Positions 54,712 through 64,000 of a DNA stretch of 64,000 nucleotides are shown here, in pieces. The notes under the pieces are model-generated. The model was not told the origin of the DNA, did no database searches, and worked only from the letters and a program-made list of their open reading frames with translations. The DNA comes from a virus: positions 32,001-96,000 of IMG/VR virus record IMGVR_UViG_3300035670_000065. One strand, given 5' to 3'. Position numbers and translations under genes: made by a program. The first letter of the stretch is position 1; every line of letters starts with the position of its first letter.

Positions 54712-55797
54712 TCAATTTTTTTCATCCCCATAAGCTAGAGATAATATTTCTGATTTAGTGGCTAAGGACCAGCCTTTAGTTGACTTTTGATCTCCTTTAA
54801 TTACTAGAGAAAGGGACTGTTTTAGCAGGCTATGAGTTGCTGCGAATGCAGATACTCCTCTTTCGTATATTCTATAGAGTTTATTGTCCGGAGATTTAAT
54901 CGTGGCTATTTGCTTAGCAGGCTGTAGATACCAACCCTCATATATCTTTAAATACCCATTTAGAAGCTGCTTGACCCTAGTCTGTTCTAGGTTGTGAGAC
55001 TGGCAGAATTGCTTAACATCTAGAACCTCTGTCTTTTTGCCATCTTTATATAGGTAGATAGATTCTATAAACTTATGTCTTTTCCGGTCTATTCTATCTA
55101 TGACTAGGAACGCTTTAGGATGTTCCTCTCTTAGATAGTGATGGGACCTACCTGCTAGAATGGATCTAATAGTATCTTCAGCAACTCCCGTGGATTCTTC
55201 AATCTCTCTAACTAACAATTTAGGGTCTTGAAGAAGCTCTAGTACCTTTAGGATCTGTTCTTCTGTGAATTTTGCTCTCTGATGTGAGTGTCCTTGTTTA
55301 CGACGAGAAGTCTGCAATATCTTTAGGAACTCTTCGGGGAACTCCTCCTGAATCCAGGTATGAGTTCTGCCTGCTTTAATATTATATAGCTGCCCTTCAC
55401 TAATACCTGTTATTTTCTCTATATCTTTAAGAGATAATTCCGGATCTTGCAAAAGAGGTAGAGCCTGTATAATCTGTTCTTTACTGTATTTAGCTCTAGG
55501 GTGCTCTGTACCTCCTCTAAATATATCTACTTCCGCAATATTGAGACCTTGATTAATAGAGTTTAACCTATCAATCCAGTAAGCTTCTCTAGAGTTGAGA
55601 TCAATTATCCTACATTCTTCTATAATTTCTAAATTGGGTAGCCCACACATTTCATACGCTTCATTCAACTTAGGGTTATAATGCCCCTGTTCAAAAGAAT
55701 ACTTATGTGCTTTAAACCTTGCTTCTATATTTCTAGACTGCCCAACATAGGGCCAATCTTCCAACCCTTCAAACACTAACTTGTAAATACCTATCAT
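54712..55797 (-). CDS. GIY-YIG homing endonuclease with repeated DNA-binding modules
   Basis: GIYKL...YVGQS.NI..R...H; duplicated H.RAK...EQI..HTH modules. Confidence 0.85.
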   Translation of the reverse strand: MIGIYKLVFEGLEDWPYVGQSRNIEARFKAHKYSFEQGHYNPKLNEAYEMCGLPNLEIIEECRIIDLNSREAYWIDRLNSINQGLNIAEVDIFRGGTEHPRAKYSKEQIIQALPLLQDPELSLKDIEKITGISEGQLYNIKAGRTHTWIQEEFPEEFLKILQTSRRKQGHSHQRAKFTEEQILKVLELLQDPKLLVREIEESTGVAEDTIRSILAGRSHHYLREEHPKAFLVIDRIDRKRHKFIESIYLYKDGKKTEVLDVKQFCQSHNLEQTRVKQLLNGYLKIYEGWYLQPAKQIATIKSPDNKLYRIYERGVSAFAATHSLLKQSLSLVIKGDQKSTKGWSLATKSEILSLAYGDEKN

Positions 55798-55838
55798 TTT
55801 TGTACCTTCTTTGTGATATTAACTTTTGGCAATAATAA

Positions 55839-55936
55839 ATTATACTATATTTAGGGTAAAATGTCAAGTATAAAATTTCTTTTGGTGCTTGGTTAATAAA
55901 AATTGACTTGAAAATTATTGTGTGTTAGTGTATAAT
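55839..55936. promoter_or_regulatory. Divergent sigma70 promoters
   Basis: Minus TTGACA-17-TATAAT at 55839-55867; plus TTGAAA-17-TATAAT at 55908-55936. Confidence 0.75.
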
Positions 55937-55957
55937 AATATTTTAGTGGGGAGATTT

Positions 55958-56373
55958 ATGTTTGATCGAGAGTACGTTACTGCGTTAGAAGATATAATTA
56001 TGGACGAACTATTGCCTATGTATATTGTAGGTTGTAGATCTGTTGGTCGTGACCCTAAATCTAACCTAATTTTAGAGAAACTAATGACTGCTAGGATGAA
56101 CCGGAGAGAAACACCTTGGATACTAAAGAAAAGCGAGTAATATACAAATATAATGTTGGTCGTAGCGTGCCTGTTGGAATGAATGATGTAGTTGTACAGG
56201 CTAATAAAGACTACCTATGGATATGGCATAAAGGTGGCGAAGAAGGAATGAGCCTAGAAACTGAGGTAGTTGGTACTGGCTGGGACTTAGAAGAATACGG
56301 AGAAGAATGGTTCCATATTCAAACCGTAGAAGAACAGCAGTACGTTTGGCATATTCTAGGACGTTATGTATGA
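55958..56373 (+). CDS. Two small early ORFs (55958-56140; 56116-56373)
   Basis: GGAG SDs, overlapping; the second has a TG....G...HI.TV....YVWH motif. Confidence 0.55.
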
Positions 56374-56387
56374 ATGGAGAACCTATT

Positions 56388-56678
56388 ATGATGTCTACAG
56401 TGTTACATACAGCAAAGCAAACAGATTTCGAACAAAGACTAAGTATAGAACTAGGCAACTTAAAGAATATGCTTCTATCTAAGAACAAAGCTTATGGCAA
56501 TAGTGCATTAGAACCTGTACGTATATTTGCTCGTTCGGATAAACTTGAGCAACTTAGGGTCAGGATAGATGATAAACTGAATCGTTTGAAGCAAGGCCTA
56601 CCAGACGACGAAGATGTAGTATTAGACTTAATAGGCTATTTAATCTTATATAGGATCGCAAAAAATGCGCATTTATAA
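56388..56678 (+). CDS. Nucleotide-modification-associated domain 1 (DUF1599-like) protein
   Basis: L..KNK.YGNS, VRIDDKL.RL, DLIGY. Confidence 0.7.
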   Translation: MMSTVLHTAKQTDFEQRLSIELGNLKNMLLSKNKAYGNSALEPVRIFARSDKLEQLRVRIDDKLNRLKQGLPDDEDVVLDLIGYLILYRIAKNAHL

Positions 56679-57391
56679 AACGGTTCAGACCTTCGTAGTC
56701 ACATATGAAGTACGAGAAGAGGAAAACCATAGGTTCCTGGATATGTTAGCAGACCAGGACGATCTGTCTGAGTTTGAGGTAGAACAGACTTACATCGGAG
56801 AGCAGATAGTTCATGCAGAATCCGATTGAGCCTGCGGACGAAGAAGTAGTCTTTGCTCCGGAGGACGAACCGATTGAGTTAGGTGGGATAGCTGATAAGC
56901 CTCCCGTGCCTCATATGGTTAAGCACGTTATGGAAGTGCTGGCACAGAGCGCAGAAGCTTCTTATTTAGTATGGCTAAAGCTCAGCCTAAAGTACGGCAG
57001 TATGCAGAAAGTAGTATGACTGAACTTACTGAAATACTGTACAGAACTAACAGGTCTATTTCTAGCGCTTGTGAAGAACTATCAGCTGTCTTTGCTATGG
57101 AAGACTTAGAAGACCTGGAACAATGCAGCCACTGCAACGTATGGTGGCACGACTATGAACTAATACCTGATCAAGACGATAACCAGGTGTGTAAATTTTG
57201 TGGAACTTATTATGGCTTATAATATATCAATAGAGAAAAAAGAATTAGATGGGCTTCTCAACTACTTGTTAGACGCCCCGACCCGAAGTGGTATGTACCC
57301 TATAGTTGTTGCAATTTTGGGTCAGGTGGAAGCACAGAACGCTAAAGCTAAGGCAGAAGCTGACCCTATGCCCCGGCCTGAGAATGACTAA
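56665..57391 (+). CDS. Four small hypothetical ORFs (56665-56829, 56813-57019, 57016-57222 Zn ribbon, 57212-57391)
   Basis: Overlapping stop/start packing; CxxC...CxxC in 57016. Confidence 0.55.
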
Positions 57392-57962
57392 GACTCTCCT
57401 TAGCCTATTTGATTTTAGTGGGCGGTGGAGTCGACCCTACGTTGAGGCAGGTTGGGATGTGTACCAGGTAGACATAAAGCTGGGGATTGATATACTTAGC
57501 TTAGAACCGTGTGATCTACCCCCTAAGATAGATGGAATACTAGCGGCTCCTCCTTGCACAGACTTTGCCGGGAGTGGCGCACAATACTGGAAAGCGAAAG
57601 ACTTAGATGGAAGAACAGAACATTCACTCGCGCTTCTTGACAAAACCCTTAGTCTGGTACGGCACTATGAACCAGTATTCTGGGCCTTGGAAAATCCGGT
57701 GGGTAGACTCCCTACACTACGTCCAGAAATCGGAAAGCCCTGGTACTTCAACCCAAATGAGTTCGCAGGATGGCTTGAAGGAGAATGTTACACCAAGCGA
57801 ACCGGTCTTTGGGGAGTATTCAATAAACCCGAAAAACTGGCCCTTCCCGTCTCAGGAACCTCCCCAATAATGTCATTAGGAGGGAAATCTGAGAGAACGA
57901 AAGAACTACGATCAATGACCCCATTAGGATTTGCATATGCTTTCTACAATTCGAACCACTGA
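57384..57962 (+). CDS. Short DNA (cytosine-5) methyltransferase
   Basis: LLSLFD.SG (I), VDI (II), APPCT.F (IV), LENP (VI), KRT (VIII). Confidence 0.8.
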   Translation: MTKTLLSLFDFSGRWSRPYVEAGWDVYQVDIKLGIDILSLEPCDLPPKIDGILAAPPCTDFAGSGAQYWKAKDLDGRTEHSLALLDKTLSLVRHYEPVFWALENPVGRLPTLRPEIGKPWYFNPNEFAGWLEGECYTKRTGLWGVFNKPEKLALPVSGTSPIMSLGGKSERTKELRSMTPLGFAYAFYNSNH

Positions 57963-58197
57963 AGCCTCATTAGAATTTACACAAGCTACAGTTGATGAAA
58001 CTATTACAGCTGGGTTACTAAAAAGCTGGACCACCTGCGATAAAGACGGGCATATATTAGCAGTAATGTGGGCAGATCCTTTATTTATGTACCAAATGGG
58101 AAACGAACTATGAACTACTACATTACATATAAGAACGGAAGAATCGACGCTAAGTTTGCGTACCGTAGCAGCTTGAACTATTATCTATTAGAGAACC

Positions 58198-59069
58198 GTG
58201 ATGCAGTATACCGTGAATTCAGTGCCTGAAGAGTTTGTTACAAGCTTGAACGTAAATACCACTATTGATACTTATGACCCCCATGGCCAGTACATACTAC
58301 GAGCTGCTTGGGATATGTTTAACAACTGGCGTAGGCAATGGCATTATAGAGACCTAACAGAAAAAGAACAGCTAAAACTATATGAACGACTCACAGGTAT
58401 CACAATCATTGGGCATCCAGAATTTCGATCTTGAATCGGAAGCCGATCCTTGCTATAATATTATTTCTGTGATCGGGGGAAAAGTAATGATTAAAGACAT
58501 CATTCGTTTCATCATGAAATCTGAAGGCGTATCGGCTAAAGAAGCTATCGAGATTTGGGAAGAAGAACTGAAAGTTTGCGACAACGATTGGGAAGAAGCT
58601 CTTTACAACTTTGGAATGGAACTGGACTACGCGCTATGAAAATCGAACTGCACGCTTCAACCCGTTGGGCTAACTGTTCTGTGAATGCTGTGATTGACAC
58701 CTGGGAAGACTTGGGTGTGTCTGATGAAGAATGGGATAATATGCCGGACGTAGACCGTCAGTATATGTTACAGGATTGTGCTTTGGATATGGTTGGTTTT
58801 AGCTTTGCTGCCAACTATTAAAATTTGAACTTGACCCTAAGCCGTAACAATGCTATAATATTATTTCTGAGTGAGTGAAAGGGAAAGAAATGCTTAACAT
58901 CATCTTGATTTACACTCATCCAATTCATGGCCGTTGCTATCTATGGTCGGCGGGAGAAATGCAGTATAGCCTGGGTACGGTTAGCACAACCTACTGTAAG
59001 TTTGATGGATACACTCTAGATGAAGTTAAGGCTAGAGTGGAAGCAAAAGGATTTGCCCTGGTAGTTTAA
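58198..59069 (+). CDS. Small early ORFs (58198-58434, 58487-58639, 58636-58821, 58890-59069)
   Basis: Downstream of promoters 58431-58459 and 58831-58859 (TTGAnn-17-TATAAT). Confidence 0.55.
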
Positions 59070-59075
59070 CACAAT

Positions 59076-59151
59076 GCCCTCTTAGCGTAGTGGACGACGC
59101 AGCGCTCTTCTAAAGCGTTATACGGGGGTTCGATTCCCTCAGAGGGTGCCA
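59076..59151 (+). tRNA. tRNA-Arg(TCT)
   Basis: Cloverleaf, CT-TCT-AA loop, TTCGATT, CCA. Confidence 0.93.
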
Positions 59152-59275
59152 TAAATGCGATTATTAGAAGCTTGTAAATTTGTATGTGAATTTTATAGTA
59201 TAGATATCGAAACTTGTCGTAATCTATACTGGGACGAAGTACTTGCTTATCTAAATATTTTGAATTGGAAAGATA

Positions 59276-60654
59276 ATGTACACACCAGATCGTTGGGTAA
59301 TTTTGACGTTGCGTCATCCTGAGTATGCCCCGTTCTCTAGGGTGTTTGCAGGTTGGTACGGCGGATATACTGGATCGGACTCATGGAAGATGAACTCCGG
59401 TATTAAAGGCTGGATGCAGCATAAAGATTACTTCGAATTTGATGGGGCTAGTGGTAGCGTGTACCGTTGCTACAAGAACGCTCATGGAATGTCTGCTTAC
59501 ATGGGGTCTGTTTTAGCTAACTTCCAGGATCAACTGGCAGCGCAAGGTGGACAGCTCGTGATTGAAGATGAACATAATCTAGAAGGAATTATACTATGCT
59601 AGAAGCTAGGGAGCATTTTGAATCTTGGTATCAAAGAGTTTATTGGGACTTTCGAAATCATGGAGTTAGGTATGACAAAGAAAAAGACCAATATAACCAC
59701 TATGATGTAGATTTGGCATATAATTCATTTATGGAAGGATGGAATTATGTTAGTGAAACCGCGTGACCCGTTTGCCAAGGCGGTTCGTACCGACCCTATG
59801 TTTAGGCAACGTGTAGTAAAGAGCAAAAAGTGCTTCAAGCGGCATGAAAAGCATCGGACTGACCGTGCCCAAACAGCTTGAAGATCGTCGGATTGAAAAA
59901 TTAGAGTATCGACTAGACCAGGCTCACCGTGTGATTCGGGAACTTCTCGGTGCTCTAACTTGCCCGTCTGAGGAACTTAGAATGTTGGTTCACGATGTAG
60001 CTAAAGAATACATGGAGGAAGTATATGACAGAATGGGACGAGACGGAACACTTCCTGCCTCACGGAATGGGGGCGAGGGAGTTGTGGATGACGGAAGAAC
60101 AGAAGTACCAGTACTTTGATCGTGCTTTAGGGCATTTGATTGGTACGATCATGACGACTCCTCGCAGTGTATTAGAGGAAGTCATGGAAGAAAAAGTATC
60201 AGACAGGTTGGTAGAACAGTTTGAGGAGTATATGACCCAGGGTGACCTGGTTACAGAGTGTAACTGCTGTGGCTGGTGGCAGAACGATCACGATGGCATT
60301 CATGGCGACTTGTGTTGGCGTTGTGCTGAAGACGAAGAAGATTTTGATCTTGAAGACGAAGCCTAATTGCTTTATAATATTACTTGTTGTGTGAGAAAAA
60401 GAGTTTCAACCCTAACCTAAAAAGGCAAAATAATGGCTAAGACTTATACGTTTGTGTGTTATGATAACGAAGATAAATGTACGACTGAAGTAACTTTTAA
60501 GACCGATAATGACTGTTGGGATGGCTTTGATGGCCCAATGTCCAAGTTCTTTGACTTCCTGAAGGGCTGCGGTTTCGTGTTCGATATTAACTCTGAGATC
60601 GGAGTTATGGATGACGATGGTGATTTTCGCAGTTCAGTGAATCAACATTTTTGA
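59276..60654 (+). CDS. Small early ORFs (59276-59602, 59844-60119, 60025-60366, 60433-60654 and shorter)
   Basis: 59276 has an F.GWYGGY.GSDSW.MNSGI motif common in phage proteins; the others are hypothetical. Confidence 0.55.
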
Positions 60655-60692
60655 TCTTGAATTGACCGCTTAAACCCTGTATAATATTACTT

Positions 60693-61067
60693 ATACGATG
60701 AGGGAACGCAGCCGACACCGACAAATAAATATCGCCACTATGTGCACAATATTGTCGAGTACGTCCTAGAGCAAGTACCCATTATCAGTACCATGAGTTG
60801 AGGCTCTCAGAAAAGCCCCTAATATCATGAGTTTACGCTGTCTCAGAAAACAGGATGAGGGAGGCATCTCAATAGACAAGGCCCTTAGTGCTACTAATTT
60901 CTAGCTAGGTCGATTGGTTACCTATCTGCGTTCGCAAACCCAGCGAAAACCAATGTGTTGCGGGGGTACGGGCTTCACCATACGAAGCCCCTTTAGTAAG
61001 CATCAACTTGTAGGACTTTACCAGTGCTTCGGTATACGGGACAGCCAAAGATGATGCTTTCTAAAGG
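60693..61067 (+). ncRNA. Putative structured ncRNA(s)
   Basis: Own promoter at 60657-60685, no ORF, long-range stems and repeated pseudoknot units. Confidence 0.6.
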
Positions 61068-61440
61068 AGGTAGTTATGACACACTTTGCTATTATATGTA
61101 AGGATACCTGGAAAGTTCTAGGGTACATTCCTGCCGTTAATCATAATCAAGCTACGGTAATGGGACAAATTGTATATCATAAAAATATTGTTGCAGTACT
61201 TCCGGAGGATAACTGTGCAACTTCAGACTAATGATTTGGATCAACTAGAGTTCGAGTGGGATATGTCAATGCTTCATGCCCAACTGGACATTTTGAATGC
61301 CGTTCGTAGAGAAATGCCTGAGGATCAAAGAGGTATAGTTGAGCGTTACATGGTTGAAATCGAGGACGAAATTGCCGGAATGACTATAGGTGAAGAAATT
61401 CTGACTTGATTTTGTTTTGTGTTCGGCGTATAATATTATT

Positions 61441-61795
61441 TCTGGGTTGAAGAACACTTCAATGAAAGGCAAGTTCTTTCAAGCGTTTAATCTTCACCCC
61501 AGAGTATTTAAGGTAGTTCACTTGGTGTTTCTAGACTCCTCAAATTGGGGAGATGAAAACTTAATATATGGTAAACATCTACCCCATGTACCAAGTACAC
61601 TACCTTAAATGCTTTTAAGTAAAGCTAGCAGCAAGACTGTACCTTAGCAATAGTTCATTCGAGAAGGGGTAATGGCCTTCAGCTACCTAGGGAGCGCATA
61701 CAGTCCCAAGTGTGAGACTCGCTCTGACTGATTCGAACAGATCAAGAGATAATAACTAAGGTGAAACACGAGTACTTAGTAGCTTTTCTTAAAAG
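61441..61795 (+). ncRNA. Three tandem stem-closed putative ncRNAs (61441-61503, 61504-61612, 61612-61795)
   Basis: Promoter at 61406-61434; each unit bounded by complementary 5'/3' ends. Confidence 0.55.
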
Positions 61796-61805
61796 TAAGT
61801 AATTC

Positions 61806-61895
61806 CGGGAGTGCAAGTAAGGTAGGTTGGACCTACGCAGCGCTGTAAACGCTGTCCTTCTAGGCACGAGGTTCGATTCCGTCCATTCCCGACCA
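61806..61895 (+). tRNA. tRNA-Tyr(GTA), atypical
   Basis: CAGCG-CTGTAAA-CGCTG, variable arm, TTCGATT, ACCA; unusual D arm and T stem. Confidence 0.75.
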
Positions 61896-61902
61896 AGTTT
61901 AT

Positions 61903-61979
61903 GGAGCTATCGTCTAACTGGTTAGGACATCACCCTTTCAAGGTGGGAACGTGGGGTTCGAATCCCCCTAGCTCTACCA
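61903..61979 (+). tRNA. tRNA-Glu(TTC)
   Basis: Cloverleaf, CT-TTC-AA, CCA. Confidence 0.92.
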
Positions 61980-62134
61980 AATAGAAGTAGAACAGTGGCA
62001 CACCTGGCGACGTGCGAAGCCACCGCATGAAGTAGCCGCTACCATCGAAACATTTAGAAAATTTGGGTAAATCCGACGACTCTAGTTGTTTTAGAGGCCT
62101 AACGTCCGCCAGACGCGGTAACTGGCTTAGTATC

Positions 62135-62323
62135 CTAAAATGTATTAACTGACCCTAAGTTGCGAAACGCGGAGACTGAGTGGAATCAGTCTAGCAAACC
62201 CAATACGGTGGGAAGATGAAAAAATTCAGGATTCACGACGACGCCCGAACCTACGAGATTCCACTCTGGTATACGGCCTAATAGTGACGAGCAACAAGTA
62301 ATCTTACAGTTAATACTTTTTAG
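62135..62323 (+). ncRNA. Putative structured ncRNA
   Basis: 16-bp closing stem, GNRA hairpin, 10-bp alternative pairing. Confidence 0.55.
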
Positions 62324-62491
62324 TATATTAAGGAGTTATTATGATACAGATAGCAATGTGGCCTGATGGCACATGGTGTGAACTTGAGGACATAGAAGCG
62401 TACTTGCACTTCATGTCAGATGACTACGAAATTAAACAAGTTACTACACTAAAGTATTACGAATTATGCTTTGGTGATTAAGAAGGTATTT

Positions 62492-62577
62492 GGGGCGGTG
62501 GCGTAACCCGGTAGCCGCGCTGGTCTTAGAAACCAGTTCCGAAAGGAGTGAGAGTTCGATTCTCTCCTGCCCCACCA
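62492..62577 (+). tRNA. tRNA-Leu(TAG)
   Basis: Cloverleaf with variable arm, CT-TAG-AA, CCA. Confidence 0.93.
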
Positions 62578-62599
62578 GATAAGCAGTTCAAGATATAGA

Positions 62600-62682
62600 G
62601 CCACCGTGGAGAAATTGGTATACTCACAAAACTTAAAATTTTGCGCTTCGGCATGCCGGTTCGATCCCGGCCGGTGGTACCA
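62600..62682 (+). tRNA. tRNA-Leu(TAA)
   Basis: Cloverleaf with variable arm, CT-TAA-AA, CCA. Confidence 0.93.
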
Positions 62683-62699
62683 AATACTATGGAGCTAAA

Positions 62700-62918
62700 A
62701 TGAAAATCAGAGTAGAAAGAGATACATCGTATAGCTATTATCTTTTAGATGCCGAGTATCTAGCTATTATTGATCCAGATAGTTACTACAATACGATTAC
62801 GGTTTCTGATGAGTTTGTAGCTAAGTACAGAGCATTACAAAAGTTAAATAACGAAATGCAAGATGCGCTAAAGGCGATACACGATGAAAGTTTCCGCACG
62901 GTATACAAGGCAATCTAA
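62700..62918 (+). CDS. Hypothetical protein
   Basis: 72 aa, GGAG SD, between tRNAs. Confidence 0.6.
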   Translation: MKIRVERDTSYSYYLLDAEYLAIIDPDSYYNTITVSDEFVAKYRALQKLNNEMQDALKAIHDESFRTVYKAI

Positions 62919-62920
62919 AT

Positions 62921-62995
62921 GCTCCGGAAGCTTAACGGTCAAGCGATGTCCTCATAAGACAGGGAAAGCTGGTTCAACTCCAGTCCGGAGCACCA
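62921..62995 (+). tRNA. tRNA-Met or Ile2 (CAT)
   Basis: CT-CAT-AA loop, TTCAACT, CCA. Confidence 0.88.
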
Positions 62996-62996
62996 C

Positions 62997-63071
62997 GGGT
63001 TGCAAGCTTTAATGGTGAAGCATACGGCTCTTACCCGTAAGAACACGGATCGTTACCGTGGCAACCCACCA
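62997..63071 (+). tRNA. tRNA-Lys(CTT)
   Basis: CT-CTT-AC loop, atypical T loop ATCGTTA, CCA. Confidence 0.85.
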
Positions 63072-63141
63072 AATTTTAATCTTGAATTGTAGTAAGATTC
63101 TTGCTATAATATTATTTCTGAATTGATGAAAGAAGAATACT

Positions 63142-63663
63142 ATGGCAAACATCTTTTTTGCTAGCGATCACCATCTAACTCATACAAACATACTCACTTT
63201 TAAGCGCTCAGATGGAAGTCCTCTTAGGGATTTCCCTAATATCACCGAACACGATGAGTACATCATTGCTCAACACAATAACCGTGTTCGTGATTGCGAC
63301 AAGACCTACTTTCTAGGTGACGTGGTCATGAGCCACAAGAATCTTCACCTCCTGGGTAGGCTGAATGGAGAGAAGGTTCTAATTAAGGGCAACCATGATT
63401 GTGCTAAGCTAAGTCAGTACGAGCCTTACTTCAAGGATATTCGTGGCAGCCACCAGTTTAGCGGTATTATCATGACTCATATCCCTATTCATCCAGAGAG
63501 TCTGGCTAGATGGGGCGTCAATATTCATGGCCACCTACACTACCATCGTGTTCCAGATCAGTACGGTAATCCGGACAAACGATACTTTAATGTTAGTATG
63601 GAATGTCTAGACGACTATACACCGATCAGTCTTGAGGAAATAAAATCTAGACTTGATCTCTGA
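63142..63663 (+). CDS. Calcineurin-like metallophosphoesterase
   Basis: SDHH, LGD, GNHD, H.P, HGHLH; promoter at 63082-63110. Confidence 0.88.
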   Translation: MANIFFASDHHLTHTNILTFKRSDGSPLRDFPNITEHDEYIIAQHNNRVRDCDKTYFLGDVVMSHKNLHLLGRLNGEKVLIKGNHDCAKLSQYEPYFKDIRGSHQFSGIIMTHIPIHPESLARWGVNIHGHLHYHRVPDQYGNPDKRYFNVSMECLDDYTPISLEEIKSRLDL

Positions 63664-63705
63664 GTTAAAACAGCGTATAATATCTTTATTGAATGGGAGA
63701 ACACT

Positions 63706-63888
63706 ATGAACGAAACGACACTAGAAATTGTGAGACTTTTGAATGATGTTGGCCTGTTCCCCGGAGAGACTGTATTAGTAGAGATCAATGACCTGGTTCA
63801 ATCCACGCTTGATGAAGCGTACAGTGATGGATACCTCGAAGCACAAGCTGAGTTTGATGTACCGGAAGAATACGAGTACGACTACTAA
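63706..63888 (+). CDS. Hypothetical acidic protein
   Basis: 60 aa, promoter at 63653-63681, GGAG SD. Confidence 0.6.
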   Translation: MNETTLEIVRLLNDVGLFPGETVLVEINDLVQSTLDEAYSDGYLEAQAEFDVPEEYEYDY

Positions 63889-64000
63889 AAATTCAGACTT
63901 GACCCTAAACTGAAATTGCTTTATAATAGTTATATACACTGAGGAAAACGAATAGCGATAATTGACGAATTATCTACTCGGGCGCAAACGGCGGGTGACG

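Noticed and set aside
61417-61608. 63-aa ORF
   Set aside because: Starts inside a promoter and overlaps stem-closed RNA units
60693-62323. tmRNA, RNase P RNA, HDV/theta, twister or hammerhead ribozyme
   Set aside because: Could not find the tRNA-like domain or the catalytic consensus in the right order by eye; left as unclassified

Overview
A 64-kb slice of a lytic T5-like siphophage genome (Demerecviridae-type architecture). 1-45.7 kb (minus strand) is the late morphogenesis region: terS, a TPR-glycosyltransferase, terL, nicking endonuclease, portal, a fused prohead protease-major capsid gene, head/tail completion, tail tube, frameshifted tail chaperones and a 2935-aa tape measure. It continues with a non-T5 tail tip, fibres, a papain-DUF4214 protease, membrane/lysis-like genes and a separately promoted appendage operon. 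About 45.8-53.3 kb has a different composition and is probably the terminal repeat / first-step-transfer (pre-early) region. It carries short genes (A2-like DNA-binding paralogues, two SprT-like proteases, a HAD phosphatase, a DEDD exonuclease). The long intergenic blocks between them are tiled with near-consensus binding sites for HOST proteins: five inverted double IHF sites, four perfect sigma-54 -24/-12 boxes, SlmA-like, SdhR/GntR-like, OmpR/RstA-like, LysR-like and HexR-like boxes, and gene-less sigma-70 promoters. A GACCCTAA motif and CCWGG clusters are also concentrated there. This host-protein landing-pad/decoy array is the best candidate for an undescribed system. 53.3-64 kb is the early region: homing endonuclease, C5-methyltransferase, many small ORFs behind strong promoters, seven tRNAs and several unclassified structured ncRNAs. 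Family assignments are from motif recognition and synteny only; no searches were run, and all counts are by eye.
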